64,000 bases of DNA. Origin: Armatimonadota bacterium (GTDB taxonomy: Bacteria > Vulcanimicrobiota > JACPDS01 > JBDRKI01). Shown here in pieces: positions 48,005 through 58,357 of the stretch. Position numbers and translations under genes: made by a program. The DNA is taken from contig JBDRKI010000054.1 of the NCBI GenBank assembly GCA_043814095.1, positions 14,666-78,665 on the forward strand, written 5' to 3'. Each line of letters starts with the position of its first letter. Within the stretch, counting starts at the first letter, position 1. The notes beneath the pieces are model-generated. The model saw only the letters and a list, made by a program, of their open reading frames with translations. It did no database searches and had not been told where the DNA came from.

Positions 48005-49150
48005 ATGATTAGCACGACAAGCAACACAACAAGTATCGTATTGAGGCTGAGAAACATGGTAGATGCAAATGAGGCGTATAAAATAGAGCTTGAAAAATGC
48101 ATTACAGATGCAAACTGGACGCCCCCCTACCGCGACACCCCTATCTCCAATCTAGACGGCTTCTATGAGTACCTGGATAAAATGCTGGTCACCACACCCG
48201 TTGATGCGACATTCAGCGACCTGTTCCACGGACTCTATTTCATTATCAGCCAGAGGGGCAATAAATTTCAGAAAGATCCAAAATTTGCCGATTTTAAAAA
48301 CTGGATGATAATATACGCCCAGCAGTACGGTGCTTTCCTGAACAGCCCTCAGTCAGCCAATGACCTGCAGTCATTTATTGATGACAAGGGCTTTGTAATT
48401 GAAAATTTCATGGTTCCGCCGGGCGGCTTTAATAATTTTAATACTTTTTTCTGCAGGCATATTAAGCCCGGCAAGCGCCCTATCGGCGCTAAGACTTTAG
48501 CCTACGAGAATGCCGCCACAGGTCTTGCCCCAAACCCAAAGGAAGACCCAAACGAAATACACAAAAACATGGCTGACGATAAAGTAATCACAGTGCCGGC
48601 AGACAGCGTATTTAGGGGTTCGTGGAAAATAAGCGAAAAGGACACAATTACCGTATCCAAAGGCAATACCTATAAGATCGAAACATTATTAAAACACAGC
48701 AAATATGCAGACAGATTCAAAAACGGCATATTCACCCACAGCTACCTGACGGTTTTAACTTATCACAGATACCATACGCCGGTAAGAGGCACCGTTTTGG
48801 AAACAAGTGTGCTCTCCGGAGATGTCTTTGCCAGCGTCACCAAAGACAAACAGGGACATCTGGGGGCCTCTGACGGCACCGATTACCAGTTCACACAGGA
48901 ACGCGGCCTACTGGTCTTGGACTCCCCTGTGGGTCTGGTTGCCTGTCTGCCGATCGGCATGGATGTCATTTCATCCTGTAATTTCAGCGTCGACGAAGGC
49001 GACTATCTGAACAAGGGCGACGAATTCGGTAATTTCCTGTTTGGCGGTTCCGACATGATAATGCTGTTCGAACGGGACGACATCGATATACAGGTAACAG
49101 AAATAGGTAAACTGTACAAACTGGGTCAGGTGTTCGGCAGAGTCAAATAA
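48005..49150 (+). CDS. Phosphatidylserine decarboxylase-family pyruvoyl proenzyme
   Basis: FNTFFCRHIKPGKRPI, PADS, YHRYHTPV and KGDEFGNFLFGGS (self-cleavage site); SD AAGGAGG. Confidence 0.85.
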   Translation: MISTTSNTTSIVLRLRNMVDANEAYKIELEKCITDANWTPPYRDTPISNLDGFYEYLDKMLVTTPVDATFSDLFHGLYFIISQRGNKFQKDPKFADFKNWMIIYAQQYGAFLNSPQSANDLQSFIDDKGFVIENFMVPPGGFNNFNTFFCRHIKPGKRPIGAKTLAYENAATGLAPNPKEDPNEIHKNMADDKVITVPADSVFRGSWKISEKDTITVSKGNTYKIETLLKHSKYADRFKNGIFTHSYLTVLTYHRYHTPVRGTVLETSVLSGDVFASVTKDKQGHLGASDGTDYQFTQERGLLVLDSPVGLVACLPIGMDVISSCNFSVDEGDYLNKGDEFGNFLFGGSDMIMLFERDDIDIQVTEIGKLYKLGQVFGRVK

Positions 49151-49177
49151 ATAAAAATCAGTTTGAGTATTTTTTAT

Positions 49178-49223
49178 AAACCTTGCAACTTATGGGACAA
49201 TCCATAAGTTGCAAGGTTTTTTT
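49178..49223. terminator. Intrinsic terminator between convergent genes
   Basis: 18-bp perfect stem AAACCTTGCAACTTATGG / CCATAAGTTGCAAGGTTT plus T-tract. Confidence 0.85.
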
Positions 49224-49287
49224 ATTTTTTCAGATAAGCTTTTACCTGTTTTTATTATAATTTCTTTATATCGCAAAATCAAAGCCG

Positions 49288-49821
49288 CTACTGCACTTTA
49301 AATCCCGAGAAAAGCGCCTGAGCGATTATACCCGCGATAGGCGGGAATATAAGGGTGCATACAAGCCTTATAACCACAAATCTCCAGCCTAAGATCCCCA
49401 CTTCAAGCGGTATCCTGGCAACAGCCCAGAGCGACCAGCCGGTTAAGAAAGCCACTATGGTTCCTATGCTCGCGCCTGCGGCTAAAAATCCTGCTGCTAT
49501 AGGAAGATTAATAAAAGGACCACCCGGGCAGAGGCCGCCCGCAATGGCGCCGAAAAATATACCTTTCAGCCCGGATTCTGTCCCGACCCATTTTAATAAT
49601 AATTCCTGCGGGATAAGAAGCTGGACCATACCCCCTACCACCAGCGCGAAAAAGAGCAATGGCAGCATCTGTAAAGACATGCTGACGGCGTACTTAAGCC
49701 CTCCTACATGATGCCCCTGTCCTTTAAAATATCCTACAGCAAGTAAAATAGCAGCTAAAACACCCATTATTATTGTAGGCATTAACATATTAATATCCAC
49801 CTTCTTTTTCTTTTTATCCAT
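49288..49821 (-). CDS. Predicted permease (ArsP_1/DUF318-like)
   Basis: Multiple TMs; WVGTESGLKG and CPGGPF. Confidence 0.7.
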   Translation of the reverse strand: MDKKKKKVDINMLMPTIIMGVLAAILLAVGYFKGQGHHVGGLKYAVSMSLQMLPLLFFALVVGGMVQLLIPQELLLKWVGTESGLKGIFFGAIAGGLCPGGPFINLPIAAGFLAAGASIGTIVAFLTGWSLWAVARIPLEVGILGWRFVVIRLVCTLIFPPIAGIIAQALFSGFKVQ

Positions 49822-49830
49822 AATAATATC

Positions 49831-50322
49831 CTAACTGATGATTGAATCCTGTTTTATGATACCGGTATATTCCTTCCACTGAATAAATCTGGGGAAAAAT
49901 ATCACCATTACACATATTGAATAAAAAAGGAACGCGTATAAATCCCTCATGGTTAAGGTAAATAGATATACAATAAAGCCGTATATTATAAAAGATTCAC
50001 AGAAAGCATATGTTATAAGGGCGGTTGTTCTCAGTTTATTAACCAGGGCATTAAAGCTTTCCCCTTCTTTCTTTTTAAGCATAGATTCTCTTAAAAACTT
50101 TAAGACTACGGCGCCTGCCAGAGCAGCTACAAAAAGAGCCGTCCTTATAATCATTACAGCCTTAGTATCTGTAGTTATGGGAAGTTTTATCTCCGAAAAA
50201 GGGCCGATCCCCATGCTTATTAAGTTGGCTATAACGATATATACAGCAAAAGATACTATAAAGGCTATCCCTATAACAACCGTTGTATTATATGCTTTTT
50301 TAAGTTCCGCTTCATGGTTCAT
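49831..50322 (-). CDS. Hypothetical membrane protein (about 4 TM)
   Basis: Hydrophobic segments; AFCESFIIYG. Confidence 0.55.
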   Translation of the reverse strand: MNHEAELKKAYNTTVVIGIAFIVSFAVYIVIANLISMGIGPFSEIKLPITTDTKAVMIIRTALFVAALAGAVVLKFLRESMLKKKEGESFNALVNKLRTTALITYAFCESFIIYGFIVYLFTLTMRDLYAFLFYSICVMVIFFPRFIQWKEYTGIIKQDSIIS

Positions 50323-50421
50323 ATGCCCCTCCCTTATTTTTAATAATTATTTCTCTATATATTATTATTTCTCCCCCTAATGCTTTTTGAAGGGTTTTTA
50401 ATATACATTTTAGAAGATACT

Positions 50422-51426
50422 ATGCATAAATTTAAAGAACGGCAGGTAAAAACTATGCATAAATTTAGGGTGATTTTACTGGCAATACTTATTCCTCTTT
50501 TCATAGCTTCCGTAATATTTTTCTATATCTATAACTCCCCGCAGAACCAGATATCAAGAAAGATTAAAGATGTCGTAAAAGAAGAAGGGGTGCTCCTTGA
50601 AGAAGTAAAAAAGCTTACACTTGAAGATGCTGAAAGATTTATCTATGAAAGCCGGCAGATCAAAAACCTTATTATGTCCGAAGATTTTTCCATAAACAAT
50701 ATAGATCTTGCGGGTATATCAAAGATAAACAAGAAGATACTCGGCGAACTTGAACTTTTTAAAGATAAGATAAGGACATGCCGGGATAAACTGGGTGTTA
50801 TTCTGCTGGAACCGGAGCAGAATCTTGAAAAATTCCAGGATCTAATAAGCCGCTGCAACTATTCTCTTGACCTCTTAACATATTTCGCGGTAAATTACGA
50901 GCAGGCCATATCAATAAATGAAGTCATAGTGGAAGATTTTGAAAAATTTGCATTATCCGAGAGCCAGGAATATATATTAAAGCCGATGGACAGGTATTTC
51001 CAGCAAGCGGCTTACTTTAAAAACCAGTTTATAAAAAACTATAATTATACCGTATCACTTATGGATAATATAAAGAAGCCGGAAGAAGCCCGGGCAATGA
51101 CAAAACCCGTTGAAGAAAATATAAAAACCCTGCTTGACGCCATAATCGCCCAGAACAATAAAATAATCGCGAATATTAACCAGGATGTAAATAACGATTC
51201 CATTAAAGATCTTATCGTGCTCGTTCAAGGCGAAGACGGCTATTATACAAGGATATATGACTTTAAAAACGGTAAATACGAACAGATCTGGGAGCATAAG
51301 ATTGAAGGAACGCCTCCGGGCGGTTTATACGTAAGGCACTTAAGCTTAACCCCTGAAATAGTCTTAAACCCCACAGGGCCGGTATTTAAATATAACGGAA
51401 CAACTTTTGAAGAATCCTATAAATAA
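50422..51426 (+). CDS. Hypothetical membrane-anchored helical protein
   Basis: N-terminal TM and long ORF; start uncertain (50422 or 50455). Confidence 0.55.
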   Translation: MHKFKERQVKTMHKFRVILLAILIPLFIASVIFFYIYNSPQNQISRKIKDVVKEEGVLLEEVKKLTLEDAERFIYESRQIKNLIMSEDFSINNIDLAGISKINKKILGELELFKDKIRTCRDKLGVILLEPEQNLEKFQDLISRCNYSLDLLTYFAVNYEQAISINEVIVEDFEKFALSESQEYILKPMDRYFQQAAYFKNQFIKNYNYTVSLMDNIKKPEEARAMTKPVEENIKTLLDAIIAQNNKIIANINQDVNNDSIKDLIVLVQGEDGYYTRIYDFKNGKYEQIWEHKIEGTPPGGLYVRHLSLTPEIVLNPTGPVFKYNGTTFEESYK

Positions 51427-51467
51427 GAAAATAAGTAAATTACTTAATTAATTGAGCAGATAGACAT

Positions 51468-51504
51468 AAAAAACAGGGAGAGTACGTATTCTCCCTGTTT
51501 TTTT
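51468..51504. terminator. Bidirectional intrinsic terminator
   Basis: AAAAAACAGGGAGA / TCTCCCTGTTTTTT between convergent genes. Confidence 0.85.
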
Positions 51505-51515
51505 GTTTTAAAATC

Positions 51516-52571
51516 TTAATTTTTCTGAAGAACTTTTTCCTTCATATGAACGGTTCTTATCGGGAACGGGATCTCTATGCCTTCTTTGTTATATCTTTCA
51601 TGAAGCCGTTTCACGAACTCATGTTTGAGGACATACCTGCTTACAAACTCTTTCGCGCGCAGTATAACGGTAAAGTTAATGCTGAAATCATCAAAGGTAT
51701 GATACCTTATAAAGGGCTCAAATGAAGCTACGCCGCCTTCAACTTCCTTTAAAGTCTGCTTGGCCACATCTATGGTTACTTTTTCAACCTTCTCTAGGTC
51801 GCTGTCATAACTGACACCAACGTCAATAAGCACGGATAATTCTGTTTCGGGAAGACTGTAGTTTATAATAACCGCGGAAGCCAACTTTGAATTCGGGACA
51901 ATTATTATATTGTTCGGCAGAGCTCTTATGGTTGTTTCTCTCCAGGTTATATCCACAACATAGCCCTTGGTAACTGTATCAATTTCCACATAATCGCCCG
52001 GTTTTATCTTTTTTGACATGATTATATAAAAGCCGGAGAAAAGGTTGGAAAGGGTATCCTGCATTGCAAGGGCCACGGCAAGTCCTCCAACGCCCATAGC
52101 GGTAAGTATCGGGGTAATGGATATCCCCAGATACTGCATTATTATAAGCGCTCCGACAACAAAAACAATAATCTTTATTATGTTGGAAAAAATAGTCGTA
52201 GACGGGAGTATCCCTTCCATCTTCCTTGTATAAAGATAAATCAGCCCTACTATAATACTAGCTGTTACCTTTGTGGTTGAAAGTATAAATAATACTACAA
52301 GCGTTTTATGGAATATGGCAGCAACATCAGGAAGCATGGGACAGAAATCAACTGCAAGATAGATGCCCAGTATGGAAAGCCAGAGAACCGCCCTGCCCTT
52401 TATTGACTTAATTATTATATCGTCACCCTGCCATTTTGTATGTTCGGCAAGGCGCTTTAACTGCACGAGGACAATTTTTTCTATGATTATCCCCGCTATA
52501 TATCCGCCCAGAATAAAAGCTATGGGTATAAGGTAATGTTCGCGCGGTATATCTCTTATAATATCAATCAC
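51516..52571 (-). CDS. MscS-family mechanosensitive channel
   Basis: GVGGLAVALAMQDTLSNLFSG, VPNSKL and GIEIPFP. Confidence 0.92.
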   Translation of the reverse strand: MIDIIRDIPREHYLIPIAFILGGYIAGIIIEKIVLVQLKRLAEHTKWQGDDIIIKSIKGRAVLWLSILGIYLAVDFCPMLPDVAAIFHKTLVVLFILSTTKVTASIIVGLIYLYTRKMEGILPSTTIFSNIIKIIVFVVGALIIMQYLGISITPILTAMGVGGLAVALAMQDTLSNLFSGFYIIMSKKIKPGDYVEIDTVTKGYVVDITWRETTIRALPNNIIIVPNSKLASAVIINYSLPETELSVLIDVGVSYDSDLEKVEKVTIDVAKQTLKEVEGGVASFEPFIRYHTFDDFSINFTVILRAKEFVSRYVLKHEFVKRLHERYNKEGIEIPFPIRTVHMKEKVLQKN

Positions 52572-53038
52572 TACTGGTTAGCCTCCTCGTAACGTACATA
52601 TAAGCGGCCCAGGGAGAAAGATTCCCCTTCCTGCTGGGAAACATCAGGCATGGAGCAGTGCCACTGCACTATCTGCCACTTTCCTTTGATATTCTCCATG
52701 ACACAGGTAAGCCTTCCGGTATACCTCATCTGGTCGCCCGCTATAATAGCATGAGCGGCAACATCAGAATAAACCCAGGCGGTTGTGTCTGAGGCGGAGA
52801 TAAGGTATGAACCGAACTCTATTGAGAGTGTTTCCGACTGGAACCAGTTCCTCTCTATCTGCTCTCTCACCCCAGCGATACCCATGCGGACCTCGTCTTT
52901 GCCGGTGCCTACGAAGATAAGTTCTTTGTCCATTGCGAATAAAGAAATCAGTCCTTCTATGTCCTTTTCACCGTAAAAGCGCGAGAATTTATCAAGGACG
53001 GCAATTATTTCGGCTTCTACCTTTGATGTAGCTTTCAT
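52571..53038 (-). CDS. NTF2/SnoaL-like protein
   Basis: GTGKDE and GRLTCVMENIKGKWQIVQWHCS. Confidence 0.8.
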   Translation of the reverse strand: MKATSKVEAEIIAVLDKFSRFYGEKDIEGLISLFAMDKELIFVGTGKDEVRMGIAGVREQIERNWFQSETLSIEFGSYLISASDTTAWVYSDVAAHAIIAGDQMRYTGRLTCVMENIKGKWQIVQWHCSMPDVSQQEGESFSLGRLYVRYEEANQ

Positions 53039-53176
53039 AATTCCCACCTCCTCTTATTTTTTTCTTCTGGGTTATGTGTTTATTTCCCTCTTAATTATAT
53101 TGTACACCTTTAAAGGAAAAATTCAATCCTAATCTAATTATTATATATATTAAGATTACCCCTAAAAAGGAGACCT

Positions 53177-53983
53177 ATGAAATGCAATAAATGCAGTTTT
53201 GAGTTCACATCCGATAATAAATGCTGCCCCTTATGCGGAAACTGCGACACAGGAATTACCTCTTCTTCCGGTTTCGCCAGCTTTATCGTTGCCGTATTAA
53301 TACTTTCTATTATCGCTTACGGTATATTCTTCTTTATTTCAAAAAACAAAACCGCTAATTCAGAGCTTAATGAAATAATCTCCGCTTTCAGCGAGGTCTT
53401 CCAGTCAAAGGAAAAACTTGCAGAAAAACATTTCAGTAAGGGCTGGGATTATTACACAAAAGGAAAATTAAATGAAGCAGCGATTGAGTTTAAAAAAAAC
53501 GTTGAATTAAACCCGAAAAATGATTCAGCTTACAATAATCTCGCGGTAATTTACCTGGATAAAAAAATGCCTGAGCGCTCTGCGGAATTCTGCAAAAAAG
53601 CCATAGAAGCCAACCCTCAAAACCCAAAACCTTATTATAATTTAAGCCTGGCTTATCTAAGACTGAATAAACCCGATGAAGCTTTAAAAGAAGTTAATAA
53701 AGCCATAGAATTAAACCCCGATTACACTTACGCCTATTATAATCTCGGGGCCATTTACAATAAAAAGAACATGCCGGACAAAGCAATAGAAGCATGGAAA
53801 AAAGTCATAGAGTTAAAACCTGATTACGGTAAAGTACATGCTGAACTTGCAGTTGCTTACTACCGGAAAAAAGAATACAAACCCGCTCTGAAACATTATG
53901 AAAATGCAGTTAAATACGGCGTTAAAGCCGATCGCGATTTTTTAAAGGAAATAAAAAAGCATATACCGGGAAAACAAGAATAA
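53177..53983 (+). CDS. Zinc-ribbon, TM and TPR repeat protein
   Basis: CNKC..CPLCG, TM, then repeats such as AYNNLA and AIELNPDY. Confidence 0.85.
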   Translation: MKCNKCSFEFTSDNKCCPLCGNCDTGITSSSGFASFIVAVLILSIIAYGIFFFISKNKTANSELNEIISAFSEVFQSKEKLAEKHFSKGWDYYTKGKLNEAAIEFKKNVELNPKNDSAYNNLAVIYLDKKMPERSAEFCKKAIEANPQNPKPYYNLSLAYLRLNKPDEALKEVNKAIELNPDYTYAYYNLGAIYNKKNMPDKAIEAWKKVIELKPDYGKVHAELAVAYYRKKEYKPALKHYENAVKYGVKADRDFLKEIKKHIPGKQE

Positions 53984-53987
53984 ACTT

Positions 53988-54827
53988 ATGATCAATCAGA
54001 ATAATAACACAAACAGATGGTTTGTATTTTTCATAACAGCGGAAATTATACTCCTTATTCTTGCCATCCCTTTTATCTTCAAACTGCTTGGTATAAACAG
54101 CACAACCCCTGTTCATGTTTTCCTTAAAGATTATGAATATATATCAATAGCCGCTCTTATAATATGGGCAGTCCTTGTAATAATCTTCATAATCTTCTTA
54201 TTTAAAAAAGGAGTTTTAACGTTCACTGCTCCTGAAGATTTGTGGCAGTCCCATATGGAAGAGATATTTTTTAAAATGAAAATATCCGTTGATAAAAAGA
54301 AAAAATTCTTAAGTACCTTTTATGAGGGAAATTATCAGAACCTTAATTTAAGATGCTCCCTGCATACAGGAGATGAAAACTCTCCCAATTTTGTGGATAT
54401 AAAGGTATATCATTCACATCCCCTTAACCTGGGGCTAGTGATAAGAAATAAAGGGGTTGTAAGGTTTGAAGGCGGTGAAGGCAGGGATATCTTTGCCAAA
54501 ACGATACATGTAACGGATCCCCAGACAGATAATATGATAGATATATATGCAAAAAATAAAGATACCCTTGAAAGCATGCTTTTTAATATGAATATACTTG
54601 AACCCTTAAGCAATATGATTAACAGCTTAACAAAAATGGGTGTTAAGCCCAGCATGTTTGAGAAAATGTTCGGCGGGAAAAGCGGTTTTTACATGACTGA
54701 CAAATATATATCCGTGAGGATTAAAGAAGACTCCGTATTAAGACTCAATTTTGAGAGCATAGAAACCTTGATCAAAAATGCATATAAATTAAGTATTGCT
54801 TTTACGGCTAATATGCCTGCAATGTAA
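53988..54827 (+). CDS. Hypothetical membrane protein
   Basis: Two N-terminal TMs followed by a soluble domain. Confidence 0.55.
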   Translation: MINQNNNTNRWFVFFITAEIILLILAIPFIFKLLGINSTTPVHVFLKDYEYISIAALIIWAVLVIIFIIFLFKKGVLTFTAPEDLWQSHMEEIFFKMKISVDKKKKFLSTFYEGNYQNLNLRCSLHTGDENSPNFVDIKVYHSHPLNLGLVIRNKGVVRFEGGEGRDIFAKTIHVTDPQTDNMIDIYAKNKDTLESMLFNMNILEPLSNMINSLTKMGVKPSMFEKMFGGKSGFYMTDKYISVRIKEDSVLRLNFESIETLIKNAYKLSIAFTANMPAM

Positions 54828-54830
54828 TTT

Positions 54831-56210
54831 TTAAAATTTCAAAAGACCCTTTATCTTCTTATAAGACATTTTATAAGGGGGGTACCTAAGCTTAATATCA
54901 AAAAGAAATGGCTTTTTAAACACACTTTTAAAATGGGTAAAAGTATCAAAAGTCGCTTTCCCGTGATAAGCGCCCGTCCCGCTCTGGCCAACACCGCCGA
55001 AAGGAAGCTCTAATGTCGCCGCATGGGTAAGAGTTTCGTTAATACTTACTCCTCCTGAAGAAGTAAGGTTTAATACTTTTTCCTGTTTTTCTTTATCATT
55101 TGAAAAAATATACAACGCAAGAGGTTTAGGTCTTTTATTTAACTCTTTTATGGCTTCATCAAGGTTATCATATTCCATAACAGGCAGTATAGGCCCGAAT
55201 ATCTCGTCTTCCATAATTTTTGATGACCAGGATATATTATCAATAACGGTAGGAGCTATATAAAGCTCACCCTTATTTACATCGCCCCCTGCTATAATAT
55301 CGCCTTCTTTAAGGAGGGAAACAAGTCTTTCAAAATGCTTTTCGTTAATAATTCTGGGATAATAAGGGCTTTCTATCGGTTCCTTACCGTAAAACTCCAC
55401 AATTACTCTCTTAAAATACGCCAGAAACTCCATTTTTATATCTTTATGAACAAGCAGATAATCAGGGGCTATACAGGTCTGGCCGGCGTTAAAAAATTTG
55501 CCCCATGCGATTCTTCTTGCCGCATGTTCAATATTAACATCTTTATCAACTATGCAGGGGTTCTTACCGCCCAGTTCAATCGTTAAAGGAGTAAGATGCT
55601 CCGCGCAGGAGGCCATAACTATTTTCCCCACATTTGTACTGCCGGTAAAAAATACATAGTCAAATTTTTCTTTTAAAAGTATAGATGATGTTTCAGCGTC
55701 ACCTTTTATAACCTTAATATATTCCGGCTTAAAATATTCATCTATTATCCTACTTATTAAAGAAGATGAATTAATCGAATATTCCGACGGCTTTATAATA
55801 CAGCAGTTTCCAGCGGCTGCCGCCCCTATAAGGGGTGAGAATGTAAGAAGAAAGGGATAATTCCACGGACTTATTATCAATACATTCCCGTAGGGTTCCG
55901 GATATATGAAGCTATCCCCGGGCATCTGGAGAACAGGGGTCCTTGCCTTTTTAGGGGAAGCCCACTTCTTTAAATTTTTTACCGTAAAATCTATTTCATT
56001 TATAACAAAACCTATCTCAGCGGCATATGCCTCAAATGAAGGTTTTCTAAGATCTTTTCTTAATGCTTCAAGAATATTTTCTGCATTACATTCTACCGCT
56101 CTTTTTAAGAGCTTTAACTGCTCTATCCTGAAAGTAATATCCCTGGTTATCCCTGTTTTAAAATATTCTCTCTGTTTTTCTATAATATTTAAAATATCTT
56201 TTGAGTGCAT
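54831..56210 (-). CDS. Aldehyde dehydrogenase (ALDH3/YwdH-like)
   Basis: PWNYP, FTGS, ELGGKNP, NAGQTCIAPDY and EIFGP. Confidence 0.95.
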   Translation of the reverse strand: MHSKDILNIIEKQREYFKTGITRDITFRIEQLKLLKRAVECNAENILEALRKDLRKPSFEAYAAEIGFVINEIDFTVKNLKKWASPKKARTPVLQMPGDSFIYPEPYGNVLIISPWNYPFLLTFSPLIGAAAAGNCCIIKPSEYSINSSSLISRIIDEYFKPEYIKVIKGDAETSSILLKEKFDYVFFTGSTNVGKIVMASCAEHLTPLTIELGGKNPCIVDKDVNIEHAARRIAWGKFFNAGQTCIAPDYLLVHKDIKMEFLAYFKRVIVEFYGKEPIESPYYPRIINEKHFERLVSLLKEGDIIAGGDVNKGELYIAPTVIDNISWSSKIMEDEIFGPILPVMEYDNLDEAIKELNKRPKPLALYIFSNDKEKQEKVLNLTSSGGVSINETLTHAATLELPFGGVGQSGTGAYHGKATFDTFTHFKSVFKKPFLFDIKLRYPPYKMSYKKIKGLLKF

Positions 56211-56219
56211 ATTTGCCGC

Positions 56220-56894
56220 CTATATTGTTAATAAAAGCTCGTTCTCCTTAAGCCATTTCCTGCGCTTTTTGTAATCAGGAAGTATGGACTCAACCGCCTT
56301 CCAGAACTTTTTAGAATGGTTCTTGACCTTTAAATGAACAAGTTCGTGCACGACAACATAATCAATAATCTGCATAGGAGCCATGGCCAGGAAAAAACTG
56401 AAATTAAGGTTACCCTTAGAGGTGCATGAGCCCCATCTCTTAGAAGCGCTTGTAATCTTTATATTATTATATTCAAACCCGTAATATGAAGAATAAAAAC
56501 GCACTCTCTGGGCTATTATCCTGTAAGCATAGTTTTTATACCACTTAACAAAAAGCTTCTTTGCTTCTTTGCTGCTTTCTTCTTTGAGTATAAAACAGTT
56601 GTCGGTAAATATTAAAGGGTGTTTTATCTTATCAGTTACAAATAACTTATACTTTTTCCCTGCGCATAAAAACTCTTCACCTGTTATAAATTCCCTGGAT
56701 GCAGTTTTCGTATTTTTTTCTTTAATGCGACTCTGGTGCTTTATAATCCAGGTGTTTTTCCTGCGTATAAAATCATGTATCTCCCTCTCCGGGGTATTAT
56801 AGGGAGCGCGCACAATTAAACAGGCGTCCCTGTTTACCTCAAGGGAAAGCGTCCTTCTTTTTGATTTTATTATTTTGTCTATTTTGACATTCAT
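56220..56894 (-). CDS. YgjP/DUF45 SprT-like metal-dependent hydrolase
   Basis: RWGSC and YVVVHELVHL...NHSKKFW. Confidence 0.9.
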   Translation of the reverse strand: MNVKIDKIIKSKRRTLSLEVNRDACLIVRAPYNTPEREIHDFIRRKNTWIIKHQSRIKEKNTKTASREFITGEEFLCAGKKYKLFVTDKIKHPLIFTDNCFILKEESSKEAKKLFVKWYKNYAYRIIAQRVRFYSSYYGFEYNNIKITSASKRWGSCTSKGNLNFSFFLAMAPMQIIDYVVVHELVHLKVKNHSKKFWKAVESILPDYKKRRKWLKENELLLTI

Positions 56895-56900
56895 ATTAAC

Positions 56901-58169
56901 TCATTTTGCGTCAACAAGACGTTTATATTCTTTCTCAGACGCGCTTTGCGCTTCAATCCGAATGCTATTAACCTCATCGAAATGTTCCCTTAAAAGCTTT
57001 ATTATCGTAGGATCAAGTTTTGACTCGTCAGACATTTTCTGTAATATCTCAATAGTTTCTTCCGGAGTTTTTCCTTTGCTGTAAGGAGAATCCTCCATTA
57101 CTGCCACAAAAACTTCCGCAATGGCCATTATGCGGGACTCCATGGAGATATAGTCGCCTTTTACATGAAATGGATATCCCGTACCGTCTAAAAATTCATG
57201 ATGGAATGAAGCCCAGGTATTTATAACATCCAGACCTTTAATTCTTTCTAATATCCTGTAAGTATAATAGGGGTGTTTTCTGGCCACAGCAAGCTCTTCT
57301 TCTGTCAGCTTTTCCGACTTTTCCAGAACTTCTAACGGTAAAATCAGTTTCCCGAGGTCATGAAGATACCCGGCCACTTTTATCATTTTACACTCCATCT
57401 CGGAATAACCGTAAAGCTTTGCCAGAGCTTCTGCGACAGCGGCGACACCGTTGGAATGGGTTGCTGTATAATGGCTTCTAAAGTCAACTATTTTGGAAAA
57501 AAATCCGGTTAAATTTATAAGGCTGTCAAAGTTAAGTTCAACATCCCCAAGATCCGCTCTCCTTGCCAAAATCATATTTATCGCCGGGGATGTAACATCC
57601 ATCCAGAAATACTCCCTGCCTGCCAGATTTTTAAACGCTTCTACAAGTTCGGGTTTAAACTTGACATCAGACTGCTCCAAAATTTTATCAACGATCTCCT
57701 TAACCTGGGTAAATATTTCCCTGTCTTTTTTTATTAACACGGAAATCCTGTCAGCAAGATGTATAATATGGCTTTCTAAAGGAACCTTTTCGCCTTTAAC
57801 TTTAGCGCCCTCGCCTTTATTCCACGGGGCATGATGGAAGCGTATAAATTTTGCAATATCACGCAGAGGTTCAAAATCATTTAACAGGATATAACCCGCT
57901 TCGGCATGCCTGTATATATCAGTGCTTTTCTCATCAAAATCCAGAGCATTCAGTCTTTCTTTAATCGAAAGCGCCCCTACATCATGCAGCGCTCCCGCAA
58001 GAACTATCCTGCCCTGTTCTTCTTCCGGCAATCCTATTTCCGCGGCTATCCTGAAAGCGATATATGCCACACTCATATGATGGTTAAAAAGAGCGGGATT
58101 AACCAGATCAACCGCCTCTGATATAGACATTACAAGATCAAATTCTGAGACTTTAGGTTCTGTTAACAT
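56901..58169 (-). CDS. Tandem HD / HD-GYP domain protein
   Basis: LHDVG; LHDLGK; HHEFLDGTGYP. Confidence 0.88.
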   Translation of the reverse strand: MLTEPKVSEFDLVMSISEAVDLVNPALFNHHMSVAYIAFRIAAEIGLPEEEQGRIVLAGALHDVGALSIKERLNALDFDEKSTDIYRHAEAGYILLNDFEPLRDIAKFIRFHHAPWNKGEGAKVKGEKVPLESHIIHLADRISVLIKKDREIFTQVKEIVDKILEQSDVKFKPELVEAFKNLAGREYFWMDVTSPAINMILARRADLGDVELNFDSLINLTGFFSKIVDFRSHYTATHSNGVAAVAEALAKLYGYSEMECKMIKVAGYLHDLGKLILPLEVLEKSEKLTEEELAVARKHPYYTYRILERIKGLDVINTWASFHHEFLDGTGYPFHVKGDYISMESRIMAIAEVFVAVMEDSPYSKGKTPEETIEILQKMSDESKLDPTIIKLLREHFDEVNSIRIEAQSASEKEYKRLVDAK

Positions 58170-58297
58170 ATTAACCTCTCTTTATAAAACTTACATTCTT
58201 TCTTTAATGAACCGAACGCCCCGTTTCATAATCCATCAATATCACCTCTTAAATCCATATTCCTATTTCTTTAAAGAGATAAAAAAACCTGTTATTT

Positions 58298-58329
58298 AAA
58301 AAAGCAAAGCTTCTACGCTTTGCTTTTTT
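58298..58329. terminator. Intrinsic terminator hairpin
   Basis: AAAAAAGCAAAGC / GCTTTGCTTTTTT downstream of the flavoprotein gene. Confidence 0.8.
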
Positions 58330-58357
58330 AAATAAACAAACTGTTAAATAAATATAC

